Part shown: positions 9,594-19,920 of the stretch, one piece after another
How positions within the stretch are numbered: position 1 is the stretch's first letter
Layout of the letters: every line of letters begins with the position of its first letter
Source of the DNA: a virus
Lineage: Duplodnaviria > Caudoviricetes
Direction: 5' to 3' (one strand)
Length of the DNA stretch: 64,000 nucleotides
IMG/VR virus record: IMGVR_UViG_3300035208_008180
Made by a program: the position numbers and the translations under genes
The notes under the pieces: generated by a model
The model's database searches: none
The model's input: the letters and a program-made list of their open reading frames with translations, nothing else
What the model was told of the DNA's origin: nothing

Positions 9594-11177
9594 ATGCCAG
9601 ATACGACACGAACTCGTGATTATTTACTAAACAACAGCTTTGCAGACAATTCCAACGGATTAATTGGAGCAAACGATTTGCGAGACCTCGTGGCATCAAT
9701 CCCATTTGATATCGATGGGAATGCTGTGACGGTGTTGGGATCAGCCGCTACTTACGACGATACTGATTACGAACGCACCAACATGAAAAACGCTGCAAAT
9801 GGCTATGCAGGATTAGATAGCAATGGAGATGTAGTTGGAGTATTTATCCCACGTTTAGGAACGGTAGCAGAAATCAACGCCATCGTTCTAGAATCAGGTG
9901 AATTTGCTTATTGCACCGATACCAAAGAATTAAGAATAGGCGATGGCACAACGGCGGGCGGAAGCTTCTTATCATTCATATCAGCTACAACATCCACCAT
10001 TGGTGGATATGGATTCCAATTTGGACAAAATAATACAATTAGTGCATTAAATTGTAAATTATATCCTATTCTGGGATTTGATGATGCTTATGGCGAAGAT
10101 GAAGACAATGTTTTTTTTATAGCTGGCGATCAAACACTCACATTGCCACAAGGCACTCTAATTGTAGTTATAAGTCCAACTAATGTCAGAACAGATTTTT
10201 CTTCGACCGCCGCACCAATATACGATGCAGTTAATGATAGAACCATAATTCAGGCAAATGATACAATAGTTAGCGATTACTCATATCTGGCTGCCATAGA
10301 TCAATTGCCCTATAATTTTGCGTGTGGTGTGCTCAACTCCGTTAGTAAAGGTTCTTTTACCCACGGCATTGCAAACGAATCCAGCGATTTGTGTTCATTT
10401 ACAAGTGGCATGCTAAATAAAGCCCAATCAATTTGTTGTCATGCCGAAGGTTTGAAAACCACTGCATCTGGGGAAAATAGCCACGCTGAAGGCGAGCAGA
10501 CCACGGCTTCTGGAGATTGGAGTCATGCCGAAGGTTATAGAACCACCGCATCTAGTTCCCGTGACCATGCAGAAGGTGATACAACCACGGCTTCGGGAAG
10601 CAACAGTCACGCCGAAGGTAAATCCACAACCGCATCGGGAGGTGCCAGTCACGCCGAAGGTAATTCCACAACCGCATCGGCATCCGGTGCTCATGCACAA
10701 GGTTCATATTCGCTGGCAAACAAACGATACCAAGACGCTTTGGCAAGTGGCAGATTCTCTGTCACCGGCGACTGCCAATATACAAATATTGTTATGCGTG
10801 TAGCCACAACAAATGCTACACCAACACAATTGACACTTACTGGATTATCCCCTTCTGGAACTGTCGAAAATCTCGCAAATCGTTTTATTTGTGCAACTAA
10901 TAAATCCTATTCATGTTTTATTCAAATCGCCGCTCGTAAAAGCGATGGAACAAGTGCTTATTTTATCAGACAGGTTATTATCAAAAACGTTAGTGGCACA
11001 GTATCATTAGAGGGGTCTGTGCAAACTGTTGGTGTTGATATCAACCCAGGAGCTTGGACATCGCCAACAATTGCTGCGGACGATACCAACAAAGCACTAA
11101 CAATTACCGTAACCGGAGTTAGTGCAACAAATATTCGTTGGGGAGCTAATATTCAAGCAATGGAGATAACCTATTAA
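9594..11177 (+). CDS. tail fibre/adhesin-like protein with YadA-head-like 14-aa repeats
   Basis: N-terminal LESGEFAYCTDTKELRIGDG; repeated SHAEGxxTTASG. Confidence 0.75.
   Translation: MPDTTRTRDYLLNNSFADNSNGLIGANDLRDLVASIPFDIDGNAVTVLGSAATYDDTDYERTNMKNAANGYAGLDSNGDVVGVFIPRLGTVAEINAIVLESGEFAYCTDTKELRIGDGTTAGGSFLSFISATTSTIGGYGFQFGQNNTISALNCKLYPILGFDDAYGEDEDNVFFIAGDQTLTLPQGTLIVVISPTNVRTDFSSTAAPIYDAVNDRTIIQANDTIVSDYSYLAAIDQLPYNFACGVLNSVSKGSFTHGIANESSDLCSFTSGMLNKAQSICCHAEGLKTTASGENSHAEGEQTTASGDWSHAEGYRTTASSSRDHAEGDTTTASGSNSHAEGKSTTASGGASHAEGNSTTASASGAHAQGSYSLANKRYQDALASGRFSVTGDCQYTNIVMRVATTNATPTQLTLTGLSPSGTVENLANRFICATNKSYSCFIQIAARKSDGTSAYFIRQVIIKNVSGTVSLEGSVQTVGVDINPGAWTSPTIAADDTNKALTITVTGVSATNIRWGANIQAMEITY
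10438..10700 (+). repeat. 42-bp coding tandem repeats (HAEGxxTTASG)
   Basis: About 7 units of CAYGCNGAAGG. Confidence 0.8.
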
Positions 11178-12430
11178 TGAGAATACTCGGTAATGGCACT
11201 GGGAAGAAACTAAGATCAAAAAATTCTACAGATTTAGATTTTGAATTATCCAATTCTCCATATACGAACCTTATATCAGGAAGTTCTTCCACAGCACGCA
11301 CTGTCAAAGATTTAAATCTACAAGAATATGTAGATGCCACTTATGATAATCTAACTAATTTACTTGTGACACCAGGAATAGGCTGCGATGATAGCCCGCT
11401 CTATTATTCTTCTGCCGATGTGTCCATTGCCACTATTGACCAAAATGGCACAATCACTCAGGTAGGAAACGGAACTGGAAAATTCAATGTTACATGGAAG
11501 GGATTAACAAAACAAACCACTGCACCGATTAGCAGAGTAGGAGGGGGAACCACAGAAATATTTATTAGTTATGTCGATGGCAGCCTGGGAAAACACTGCT
11601 CCGACAATGTGGACACAAGAATCGCTGGCAAAACCAGAAGCTGTCTTCCACTATTCACTACAATGGATCACACTACTCCGCATTATGTAAGAAATACAAA
11701 TTGTTGGCTAAGTGGAATAAGTAATGTGAGTTGTATATCACCGTGGAACAGCAATGGAGGAAAAAATCAAGCAGGAACACTGATAAGTCCACGACACATT
11801 GCTTTTGCTGAACACTACCAATTTGGAGCCGGTACGGTTATTCGATACATTACCGATGATGACCAAGTTGTAGAAAAAACTGTTCTTGCTACACAAAGTA
11901 TCGGGCCACCAAATTATGCTGATATGTACTTCTCAGACATAACAATAGGAGTGCTTGACAGTGATATACCACCTACAATCAAATTTGCAAAACTCTTGCC
12001 GACTAATTGGGCAAACTATTTACCATCATTCGGGCCTGGGACTGGTAGTTTGATATTGGATCGCATACCAGGAGTGGCAACCAATCAGCTTAAAGAAGCA
12101 TTGGTAGGAGATTATGTTAGTACACATAGCGTATACTACCCAGAAAACAGTCAGCGACAATTGCTTTACAGCAAAATTATTGGTGGCGACAGCGGAAGTC
12201 CTGGTTTTATAATCATCCATGATGAGTTGGTTTTTTTAACAACTTGGACAACTCCCGGTGGTGGGCCACAGTATTTGAATTATCTCTCAGAAATTAACGC
12301 AGCGATGGCTTCTCTAAGCAATGGTAGGTTTACGGCAGGTGAGACAGCATTGGGACACGCTTATACACTAACACATGTTGATCTAAGTGATAATAACCCA
12401 GAAGGCGGATTCACAGATTTTACCGCATAA
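11177..12430 (+). CDS. trypsin-like serine protease with N-terminal Ig-like domain
   Basis: GTLISPRHIAFAEH, SDITIGVL, GGDSGSP triad motifs; YSSADVSIATIDQNG Big_2-like. Confidence 0.8.
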   Translation: MRILGNGTGKKLRSKNSTDLDFELSNSPYTNLISGSSSTARTVKDLNLQEYVDATYDNLTNLLVTPGIGCDDSPLYYSSADVSIATIDQNGTITQVGNGTGKFNVTWKGLTKQTTAPISRVGGGTTEIFISYVDGSLGKHCSDNVDTRIAGKTRSCLPLFTTMDHTTPHYVRNTNCWLSGISNVSCISPWNSNGGKNQAGTLISPRHIAFAEHYQFGAGTVIRYITDDDQVVEKTVLATQSIGPPNYADMYFSDITIGVLDSDIPPTIKFAKLLPTNWANYLPSFGPGTGSLILDRIPGVATNQLKEALVGDYVSTHSVYYPENSQRQLLYSKIIGGDSGSPGFIIIHDELVFLTTWTTPGGGPQYLNYLSEINAAMASLSNGRFTAGETALGHAYTLTHVDLSDNNPEGGFTDFTA

Positions 12431-12439
12431 ACAATTCGG

Positions 12440-12628
12440 TTAAATTTCCTTTTTGATTAGCTCATCTGGCCTTTGATAACAACGACCACCCGGCCAACGA
12501 ACATCAATTGTTTCACTGTCAATGATTTCAAGTATGATGCCTACACCTTCCCCGGCTCCCCATGCATCAAAATCGCTTGGAGTCCAGTTAGATGCATTTC
12601 TCACAACAAAATCGCCAACTTCTAACAT
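12440..12628 (-). CDS. small SH3-like hypothetical protein
   Basis: VGDFVVR..G.G.ILE..VRW. Confidence 0.55.
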   Translation of the reverse strand: MLEVGDFVVRNASNWTPSDFDAWGAGEGVGIILEIIDSETIDVRWPGGRCYQRPDELIKKEI

Positions 12629-12630
12629 AA

Positions 12631-12651
12631 GTGCTCTGCTTCGGAGTCGAA
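12631..12651 (-). pseudogene. tRNA 3' remnant (T-loop and acceptor 3' strand)
   Basis: Minus strand TTCGACT-CCGAA-GCAGAGC-AC with no 5' half nearby. Confidence 0.45.
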
Positions 12652-12726
12652 TTAAATAAAAAAAGTTTATCTTGCTTTAAAATGTAAGTTCGTCTCACTA
12701 TATACTATTATATTAGGAAACAAACT

Positions 12727-13212
12727 ATGAAATGTAAAGCCTGTGATAAATCAACAGACAATCCAAAATTTTGCTCTCTTTCGTGTGCGGCCACTTTCAA
12801 CAACGCCATCTCTCCCAAGCGATCAAAGAATAAAAAAATATGCAAAATGTGCGGTGGAAAAGTTAGTGGGCGTGGTGCATACTGTTCAAAAATATGTCAA
12901 AGCAACTTTAACTTCACAGAAAAAAGTAAAAATGGATATTATTATTCACCAGACCATAGTGGTAATACGAGATTTTTACGCAAATTTATTATAAGAAAAC
13001 ATGGAAACAACTGCATGATTTGCGGGCAATCTGGCAATGATTGGAACGGAAAACCAATTACACTCACTGTGGATCACATAAACGGACATGCCAATGATTG
13101 GTCTGTTCCAAACATAAGAATAATTTGCCCAAATTGCGATTCTCAACTACCAACATACAAGGGACGCAACAAAGGCAACAGCACCCGCAAATACACCATC
13201 ACGCAAAAGTAG
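12727..13212 (+). CDS. HNH homing endonuclease
   Basis: CMICG, VDHING, NIRIICPNCDSQ. Confidence 0.9.
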   Translation: MKCKACDKSTDNPKFCSLSCAATFNNAISPKRSKNKKICKMCGGKVSGRGAYCSKICQSNFNFTEKSKNGYYYSPDHSGNTRFLRKFIIRKHGNNCMICGQSGNDWNGKPITLTVDHINGHANDWSVPNIRIICPNCDSQLPTYKGRNKGNSTRKYTITQK

Positions 13213-13301
13213 GAGCGTAGGGAATCGAACCCTATATCTTTGGGTAATCAGCCCATAACGACGGGTATAAACCGCCTGCCTCACCATTTGGCCTCGCTCC
13301 C
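13210..13301 (-). tRNA. tRNA with TAT anticodon (nominally Ile) and long variable arm
   Basis: GGGAGCG/CGCTCCT-A; GGCGG-TTTATAC-CCGTC; V-arm TGGG..CCCA. Confidence 0.85.
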
Positions 13302-13315
13302 ATTCATTTCTCAAG

Positions 13316-13647
13316 TAGACCCGGTAGGACTTGAACCTACGACCAACAGATTATGCATACCACTATGACTTTCGCCACTCTTGCGATTTGTGGTCTGGAC
13401 TGTCTCTTCACTTTCGTGTTTGCCATTCAGTCTCTACACCTTCCACTTTGGTGGCTTGGCTCGGGATTGACATATTCTTTTCAGAACTTAGTTTTCCCCG
13501 AATTTGACAAATTCTACTATGTGCCTTCAAATGATATAATCATCTAAAAACTCATAGCAACCCAATGAAACAACTCCTGCAAAATGTATTTGTTTAGAGT
13601 TGCATCACAATCGAGTCTGCTGCTCTGACCAACTGAGCTACGGGTCC
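13316..13647 (-). tRNA. tRNA-Ile2/Met(CAT) split by a group I intron
   Basis: Exons GGACCCG..GCAGACT | CATAATCTGT..CGGGTCTA rebuild a cloverleaf. Confidence 0.9.
13356..13613 (-). mobile_element. ORF-less group I intron (258 nt) between U33 and C34
   Basis: P AAATTCGGGGAAA, Q AATCCCGAGC, R GTAGAGACTG, S AAGAGACAGTCC; P3 TTTGTCA/TGGCAAA; terminal G. Confidence 0.9.
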
Positions 13648-13949
13648 ATAACTCTCACCACACCCAAACCCTCTGGTTCGCACATTTTTTCAACGACTGC
13701 TTTGCTTACAAAGTTTGGATCACCAAAAACCTCTACCGCTTTTTCTACCGTATCAATTATTTGAGTCCATCCTATTTCACCATCAAAGTGATGGAAATTT
13801 GGGTAAACAACTAATCTGGCAAGGTTTTGAGCTTTTTCTTGTGCTTCTTCTCCAGTATCTGCAAATACCATCATAGCACAATGCTTTCGCAAAAATGCAT
13901 CTTTGCAAACACTCACCCACACATCAAATTTCACCAAATACTTATTCAT
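13638..13949 (-). CDS. hypothetical protein
   Basis: ORF; stop overlaps tRNA 5' end. Confidence 0.6.
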   Translation of the reverse strand: MNKYLVKFDVWVSVCKDAFLRKHCAMMVFADTGEEAQEKAQNLARLVVYPNFHHFDGEIGWTQIIDTVEKAVEVFGDPNFVSKAVVEKMCEPEGLGVVRVMDP

Positions 13950-14141
13950 ATTTTTGCAAGATAATCTTTAAACGTTCCCATAGGTTTTCCATTATCTGCC
14001 CGGCAACGAGTTTTATCCAATCTTCCTTGGTGCGAACAGGTAAAACCGGCGTCTCCATCACGGTGAGTCATACGACCGCATTGATACCACAACAAATTTT
14101 TTGTGGCAAATACCAATGGTTGATCGCACCAATGACAATGG

Positions 14142-14384
14142 CTATTTATCTTCGATTCCATTTTCTTTGAGATAATTGATTATATCACCAATAGTGTATA
14201 GTTTTTTAAATTCATCTTCGTCAATTGTGATATTGAATTCCTCTTCGGTTTCAATTACCATTTCTGCCCAATCTAGAGAATCCGCACCCAGATCATCAAT
14301 CAAATTGCTTTCGAGGGTTACTTCCTCTAATTTGGCCCCAAAAACTTGAGACGCCACATCTTGCAATCGTTCAAATACAGTCAT
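14142..14384 (-). CDS. acpP: acyl carrier protein
   Basis: DDLGADSLD phosphopantetheine motif, EEEFNITI; AGGAG SD. Confidence 0.9.
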   Translation of the reverse strand: MTVFERLQDVASQVFGAKLEEVTLESNLIDDLGADSLDWAEMVIETEEEFNITIDEDEFKKLYTIGDIINYLKENGIEDK

Positions 14385-14637
14385 TATTTCTCCTGTTATT
14401 TCCAACCACCACTATTATCAAAGTCCACAATTATCTCTTTGAGTTGTTTTGCGATTCCATCATAACTGGCTACCAACCGCCACCAACGATGTCGATAGAT
14501 GGCATCCTCAGTAGAATCCTTTAGAGACATTTTTTCATATGTTTCAACAAATTGTCTTGCAATGCTATCAAGTTCTCCTAAAGTATCCATTTGATTCCTC
14601 CAAAATTATTATAGCACTTCAAATGGATAAATACCAT

Positions 14638-14976
14638 ATGAAAAAAATCTTTATCTTTGAGCAAACCGTAGCTGCGACCCAACAAGCAATTGCCGACATT
14701 CAGGCTGGAAACACCCCCAATATCTATTCCTGGGGACTGTGGTGTGAAGCATTATTGAGAGAAGTGCTTTATCACGACAAACAACGAATCTATGCCCAAG
14801 ACCTTGAAAATCTACAACGAGAGACGGCAGTCTTGTTCCAAAACAAAGAATCGATTTTGTCGAACCTTGAACTCTTTGCCCAAAGATTAGTAAATATAGA
14901 ATCACTAATTAAAGATGGTAATCAAAAAATTGAATGGGAACCACCTTTTGATGTGATGTATAATACCATTCCTTGA
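14638..14976 (+). CDS. hypothetical protein
   Basis: MKKIFIFEQ start after TAAATA. Confidence 0.55.
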   Translation: MKKIFIFEQTVAATQQAIADIQAGNTPNIYSWGLWCEALLREVLYHDKQRIYAQDLENLQRETAVLFQNKESILSNLELFAQRLVNIESLIKDGNQKIEWEPPFDVMYNTIP

Positions 14977-15321
14977 AGGCTGCTCTACTTCTACTGCTGT
15001 TACCGAAGCATATCCGTGTTTTCCATATTTGCGGGCTATTTTTTTAGTACCGCACAAATGTTGTATGTTTTTGGTTACTTTGCACGCACCCTCGTATTCA
15101 ACTTTTTCTTCGTAAACTTGATATATGACATTCTTAGAATAAGAGGGTGGCAAAGTATCCAAAATAGCCCAAACGGATTGTTGAGATAAATCTAATCCCA
15201 TGACTGTCATCGTCCAGCCAAATGTTCTCTCCCCAGCAGCTATTGCCTCTGCAATGTTCTTATCTGACTCAATATGAAAAATTTCTCCTTTTTCAACATT
15301 GATAACGGCAAAAAGTTTCAT
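14905..15321 (-). CDS. hypothetical protein
   Basis: ORF track. Confidence 0.55.
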   Translation of the reverse strand: MKLFAVINVEKGEIFHIESDKNIAEAIAAGERTFGWTMTVMGLDLSQQSVWAILDTLPPSYSKNVIYQVYEEKVEYEGACKVTKNIQHLCGTKKIARKYGKHGYASVTAVEVEQPSRNGIIHHIKRWFPFNFLITIFN

Positions 15322-15341
15322 TTTAGCTGCCTATATATTTT

Positions 15342-15530
15342 ATGCAATCATTCAGACAATGGCTTAAAGAAAACGGACTAAGAACCAGCCTCGGTATATA
15401 CCCACCGAGTTATGGCGTGGCTCAATATCCGCCGCTCTATTTTACACCAATCAGTGCCGGTGCAGCTAATGCACTTACCAACATTCATCACGTAGTTGGC
15501 AAAAAGAAAAAAAGCAAAAAGAAGCGTTAG
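15342..15530 (+). CDS. small basic protein, YPPxY family
   Basis: MQSFRQWLKE; LGIYPPSYGVAQYPPLYFTP. Confidence 0.7.
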   Translation: MQSFRQWLKENGLRTSLGIYPPSYGVAQYPPLYFTPISAGAANALTNIHHVVGKKKKSKKKR

Positions 15531-16065
15531 TCGTTTATTTCCACGTCCTTTGAGTTCCATACTTTATCTTCATCGTTAAATCTCTTTTCCAATCTTTCGA
15601 GCATTTCTTCTTCATAGAAATCTCTGGATGGGGAAACAGGCAATTTTTTGACTTTGCTCAACAACCAAAGTAATGCTTCTCGATCAACGGATACTTGGTC
15701 TCTCATTTTAGTCACTCAAAAGGTCGCCAATAATACCGCCAACCATATCGCCGCCCAACAATCCGCCCAATAAGGCACTGTCAGTAGCGTAGCCAATTGC
15801 TGCCGAAAGCAAAAAATCATCACTATTATCTTCGCTGTAGGCAATGGTTCTTCCGGCGACTTCACAATAATGAGAATCCTCAACTTGTTTGTTGCAATGT
15901 TTGCAAGTATGCATGATTTAGCCTTTCTTATTTCTTTTGATAGCACCGTTTCGATGACCGCAATTAATACACCTTTTTCCTTCGTGAACTAATTGGGCAT
16001 CACATTTATCGCACCAAAATTTGCCCTGTTTGGGCATTCTCTTTTTATCTCTATTGGTTTGCCAA

Positions 16066-16422
16066 TCAGCCTGTTGAGATTTCGCCATAATGAAACACAA
16101 TGTTTTGCAAAGGGAGATCGATATTGTATTTTTCTTTTATCAAATTCCTGAAGTGTTCGCAAGCGGCTGGGATTGTCATGGTTTTCAGCAATGGTTCTGC
16201 TGCCATACCAGCCCAATAAATCTCACCCTCGGCACCAACGAAAGTCAATCCGTCGTGATCCTCAACACCACAAACTTCATAGCCCGCTTCACATCCCTTT
16301 TCACGAAGGGCGGCAAACACCCCTGATGCCTCGACAATACGATCAGCAAATCTGTTGCGTATTCCAATAATGCAAAAAGAACTTGATGAACTATTTGAAA
16401 CAAAACCAGTGCGAATCTTCAT
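16066..16422 (-). CDS. MKIRxGFVSNSSS-family phage protein
   Basis: MKIRTGFVSNSSSSSF. Confidence 0.8.
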   Translation of the reverse strand: MKIRTGFVSNSSSSSFCIIGIRNRFADRIVEASGVFAALREKGCEAGYEVCGVEDHDGLTFVGAEGEIYWAGMAAEPLLKTMTIPAACEHFRNLIKEKYNIDLPLQNIVFHYGEISTG

Positions 16423-16883
16423 TTTTTATCCTCTAATATTTCATATTTTTGTAAACCAAACTCTTTCACCACTTTTCTAGCAAGCGAGACGGGCATACAT
16501 ATAGGATTGTCTGCTGTCTCAAGCATACGTTGTTGAATGGCTTCTCTTACACTGTATTGCAATGCTGCCAAATACACAATAGTGTCTGTATCAAAAGAAA
16601 ACTTCTGCGGAGCCATAGTTGGCAAATGCGAAACTTCTTTTTTCTTTCTGCCCATATCACTTCCTTTCAACAATTTTTATCTCTAACATCCATAACTGGA
16701 CCGTAATCAACAATCTCAACTTCAAACAATATCGAAGCATGTTGCCATATGGATGTGTCTACGACTTCACACCAGCCGCATGAATTATTATTATCCAATT
16801 TAATATAAATTGTGCCTTTTTTACCGGCTAGTCCGCTGTAGTCGGAATGACTGCTGCGTTCAAAAAAATGACCTGGGGCTAAA

Positions 16884-17252
16884 TCAATAAGTTGCACAAT
16901 CGTCCTCTTGCAATACATAAGCCTCAGAGCATAAGTTACACAACACACCAAAGCCAGGATAAGATCGCACCTCTGTGCTTTCTGGCATCCCAAACCATGT
17001 TTCATTCAACAAGCTGGCTAATTTGGGATTTTTTTCTGTGCGGTATTGCTCAAATCTTTCAATCGGATCATCAGCATCTTTTGCTCGTATTGCAGCCCTT
17101 GCCTGCTCACAAATGGCTTCCGCTACCTCTGCTGTAATGGCGAAATCTGTGTAGGTGTGGTTGCAAGGATGAAATGTGGATACTAATTCCCGCAATTCAT
17201 CGTGGTATTGTTCCACAAGTGTCCACCATTGCTCTGCTGTTTCAGGCATCAT
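16884..17252 (-). CDS. hypothetical protein
   Basis: ORF track, coupled. Confidence 0.65.
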   Translation of the reverse strand: MMPETAEQWWTLVEQYHDELRELVSTFHPCNHTYTDFAITAEVAEAICEQARAAIRAKDADDPIERFEQYRTEKNPKLASLLNETWFGMPESTEVRSYPGFGVLCNLCSEAYVLQEDDCATY

Positions 17253-17436
17253 TTTGTCAGTTCCTTTTGAGCATCTTCGTGTGAGGAAAAAACTTTATCA
17301 ACAAAAAACAACTCATCCATATGAGGAAAAACTATTTGCACACATGTTGGATCATTGGGGTAATTGGCGTTGAAACTGACGATCCTTGCCTTGAATACCC
17401 AGGAATCCTGTATCACGTAAACTAATTGACCAATTT

Positions 17437-17727
17437 TCATTTACAGTTCTTTTCTAAGTATTCCCACAAAGATTTTACAGAATAGCATATTGGTTTTTTA
17501 TCTGCATCCCATGCTTTCAGATCGGGATTGCCATTCCGTTCATAAATAAACCAATCAAACCAACCTTTTCCTTCCTTGCCATATACTTCTTCAAGCAACA
17601 AATCAACAACATTATACAAATCTGTGTTAAACTCGACAAGATCAATATTCAGCTTGTATGCAGAATGAATTAATTTTTGTTGAGCTTGAATTCGTTTAAT
17701 AATTTCTGAAAAGTTTTTATAAGTCAT
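17437..17727 (-). CDS. hypothetical phage protein
   Basis: ORF track, coupled. Confidence 0.7.
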   Translation of the reverse strand: MTYKNFSEIIKRIQAQQKLIHSAYKLNIDLVEFNTDLYNVVDLLLEEVYGKEGKGWFDWFIYERNGNPDLKAWDADKKPICYSVKSLWEYLEKNCK

Positions 17728-19220
17728 TGGTCTACAAAAGTCAAAGGGTTAAGAAGCCAGTGTTGCTCCTCTGGCGAGAACATGGAATAAAGCTGCCCAA
17801 AAAATTCTTGTGTTTTTCTTAGATAATATTGGGGAAGTATCTTACTTTCACCAGAGTGAAATCTTCTGAATCCTTTATCTTTTCTAATTTCTTTTAAAAT
17901 CCTATTCATTTGCACCAAGTCTAGTTTCATAGCCCCCGACCGAAAAACATGCACAATCTTTTCCAACAAAGCCCGTCCCTGAATCCTCTTGGAAAGACTT
18001 GCCCTATTGGTCACAAAGGCAATGAAATTTGTGAATCGAAGATAAAAATCTTCGATGTCGTAATTTTTTGGCACAATAGTTAAATATGGGTTGACACAGA
18101 AGCTAAATGGCATCGGAAGAAGTCTATCCTGCTTCATCAGTTGCTTATGCAAAGGCGTTCCGGCAAAAGCCATAGGCAAATTCACATTAGGCCATATAGA
18201 TGGTACTCGACTACAAAGCTCTCTTGTGAGCCGAAGTGGAGTATCTCCCTCATCAGTGTCCAAGCCAAATATGAAATTAGACTGAATATAATTTGTAACC
18301 TCTTTTAAATTCTCTAGCACCCCCACAATATGCTCTAATTTTTCCATTGGATCGCATTTATCACACCCAGATTTCTGGGAATAAGCTGTCCAAGACTCAA
18401 TGCCAGGAGCTATCAAAACACAATTTGTTTTCTTGAGTTTCTTGACGACAGTGCTGGTCAAACTATCCAGCGAGCATTCCATCACATAGGGGTTTTGGAA
18501 ATTGATAGAAATCATCAAATCCAAAACCTCATCAATATTAGTTCCAAAGTTTGGATCATGGAAACCAATTATTGCAGAAGGAATTGTTTTCGACAAAAAA
18601 TAAAAATCTTCCCTGATTAGGTCTATCGAAAGCGGAGAATACTCAGAATTCCAATCCACACAGAAAGGGCATCTATTGGGGCAGCCCACGGAAGTCAAAT
18701 AAGGTACAACAGACAAAAATGATCTGTCTAAAATAAAAGACTTTTTTATTTCTGGAAACCGTTGCTCAACACTCGGAAACTCAAGCTTTGCAAACTCTGT
18801 GTCGATTGTGGTGCCTTTTGCGTATTCCTTATTCAATATTGATTGAATTGTTGTTTTGTCACAACGCTTGACAACAAGATCAAAAAATCTTAAAGAATCC
18901 TCTGGATAGCATTTGGCGTGTGGCCCACCCAAAACTGTAATGGCTCTGTTTTTATAAAATTTTCCCACAATATAAGCCAGATGGCTCAGATGAGTGGGGC
19001 AAGAAACAAAAACAAAATCAAGGTCTTTGGGCAGTTTTTTCAGAATGTTGCCCACACCCCAATAGGTGTTATAATAAACTTCGTGCCCCAAGCTGCGACA
19101 CCAATAGGACACTGTTTGAGGCATTATGCTTGAATACTGCCTCGACACCAACGCACCATAACAAGACTCAGATAATGAGCTTGCTGGAAATGTCAAAATC
19201 TCTAAAATACCAATCTTCAT
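17724..19220 (-). CDS. B12-binding radical SAM protein
   Basis: VLGGPHA; TSVGCPNRCPFC; FIFGLDTD. Confidence 0.9.
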   Translation of the reverse strand: MKIGILEILTFPASSLSESCYGALVSRQYSSIMPQTVSYWCRSLGHEVYYNTYWGVGNILKKLPKDLDFVFVSCPTHLSHLAYIVGKFYKNRAITVLGGPHAKCYPEDSLRFFDLVVKRCDKTTIQSILNKEYAKGTTIDTEFAKLEFPSVEQRFPEIKKSFILDRSFLSVVPYLTSVGCPNRCPFCVDWNSEYSPLSIDLIREDFYFLSKTIPSAIIGFHDPNFGTNIDEVLDLMISINFQNPYVMECSLDSLTSTVVKKLKKTNCVLIAPGIESWTAYSQKSGCDKCDPMEKLEHIVGVLENLKEVTNYIQSNFIFGLDTDEGDTPLRLTRELCSRVPSIWPNVNLPMAFAGTPLHKQLMKQDRLLPMPFSFCVNPYLTIVPKNYDIEDFYLRFTNFIAFVTNRASLSKRIQGRALLEKIVHVFRSGAMKLDLVQMNRILKEIRKDKGFRRFHSGESKILPQYYLRKTQEFFGQLYSMFSPEEQHWLLNPLTFVDQ

Positions 19221-19503
19221 TTCCAAAACTTCTCTGTAAACATTTCCCAAAGTTCTTCGGGCATTTGGTCGATTATATCGTCTCGCTGCCCAGTATCAGC
19301 ATCCTCAATGATATCAAAGGCTTTTCTGCACACCGAAACCGTTGTGCCAGGACCACCCAACGCCTTCAAGGCATCGGCAATAACTTTCTTTGATTGCTTT
19401 GAAATTTTTTCTTTCAAAGCAGATTCCAAAGACTCATAAAACGCATCATACGGAGAGGCTGTTCTTCTGCATTTAAAGGTATAGGTTATTTTTGGCGGTA
19501 ATT

Positions 19504-19851
19504 TCATATATCAATTCTCAATTTGTGATTCAATTCAAACTCCAATATCTCCACATCAAAATCGACCACATCCTTCAGTTTTCTTGGAAAAGTGAACTTG
19601 ATAGCTTCCCATCCACGATCATCCATCAATTGAGCGTCTTTCACTTGCAGGTCTACCACCCCGCACAACCAATTTTGGGGCAAATTTCTTTTGACAAATT
19701 GCCCAGCCATCAACGCTGTGTCGAATATGGGGACAATAATCTTTTCTTCTGTTCGCATGACAAGTATTGGCAGCCATTTCCCAGAGGAACACTCCTCTCG
19801 AAACTCCTTTTTGGTCATATGTCCCTGAGTACAAAACAAACAATACGCCAT
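19504..19851 (-). CDS. hypothetical protein
   Basis: AGGAGG SD. Confidence 0.7.
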   Translation of the reverse strand: MAYCLFCTQGHMTKKEFREECSSGKWLPILVMRTEEKIIVPIFDTALMAGQFVKRNLPQNWLCGVVDLQVKDAQLMDDRGWEAIKFTFPRKLKDVVDFDVEILEFELNHKLRIDI

Positions 19852-19920
19852 AGTTACCTCCTTGGAATATTGTATTGATTGGATTGAGTTCTGTCAAGCA
19901 ATTCTATTATACTTCTTTTT

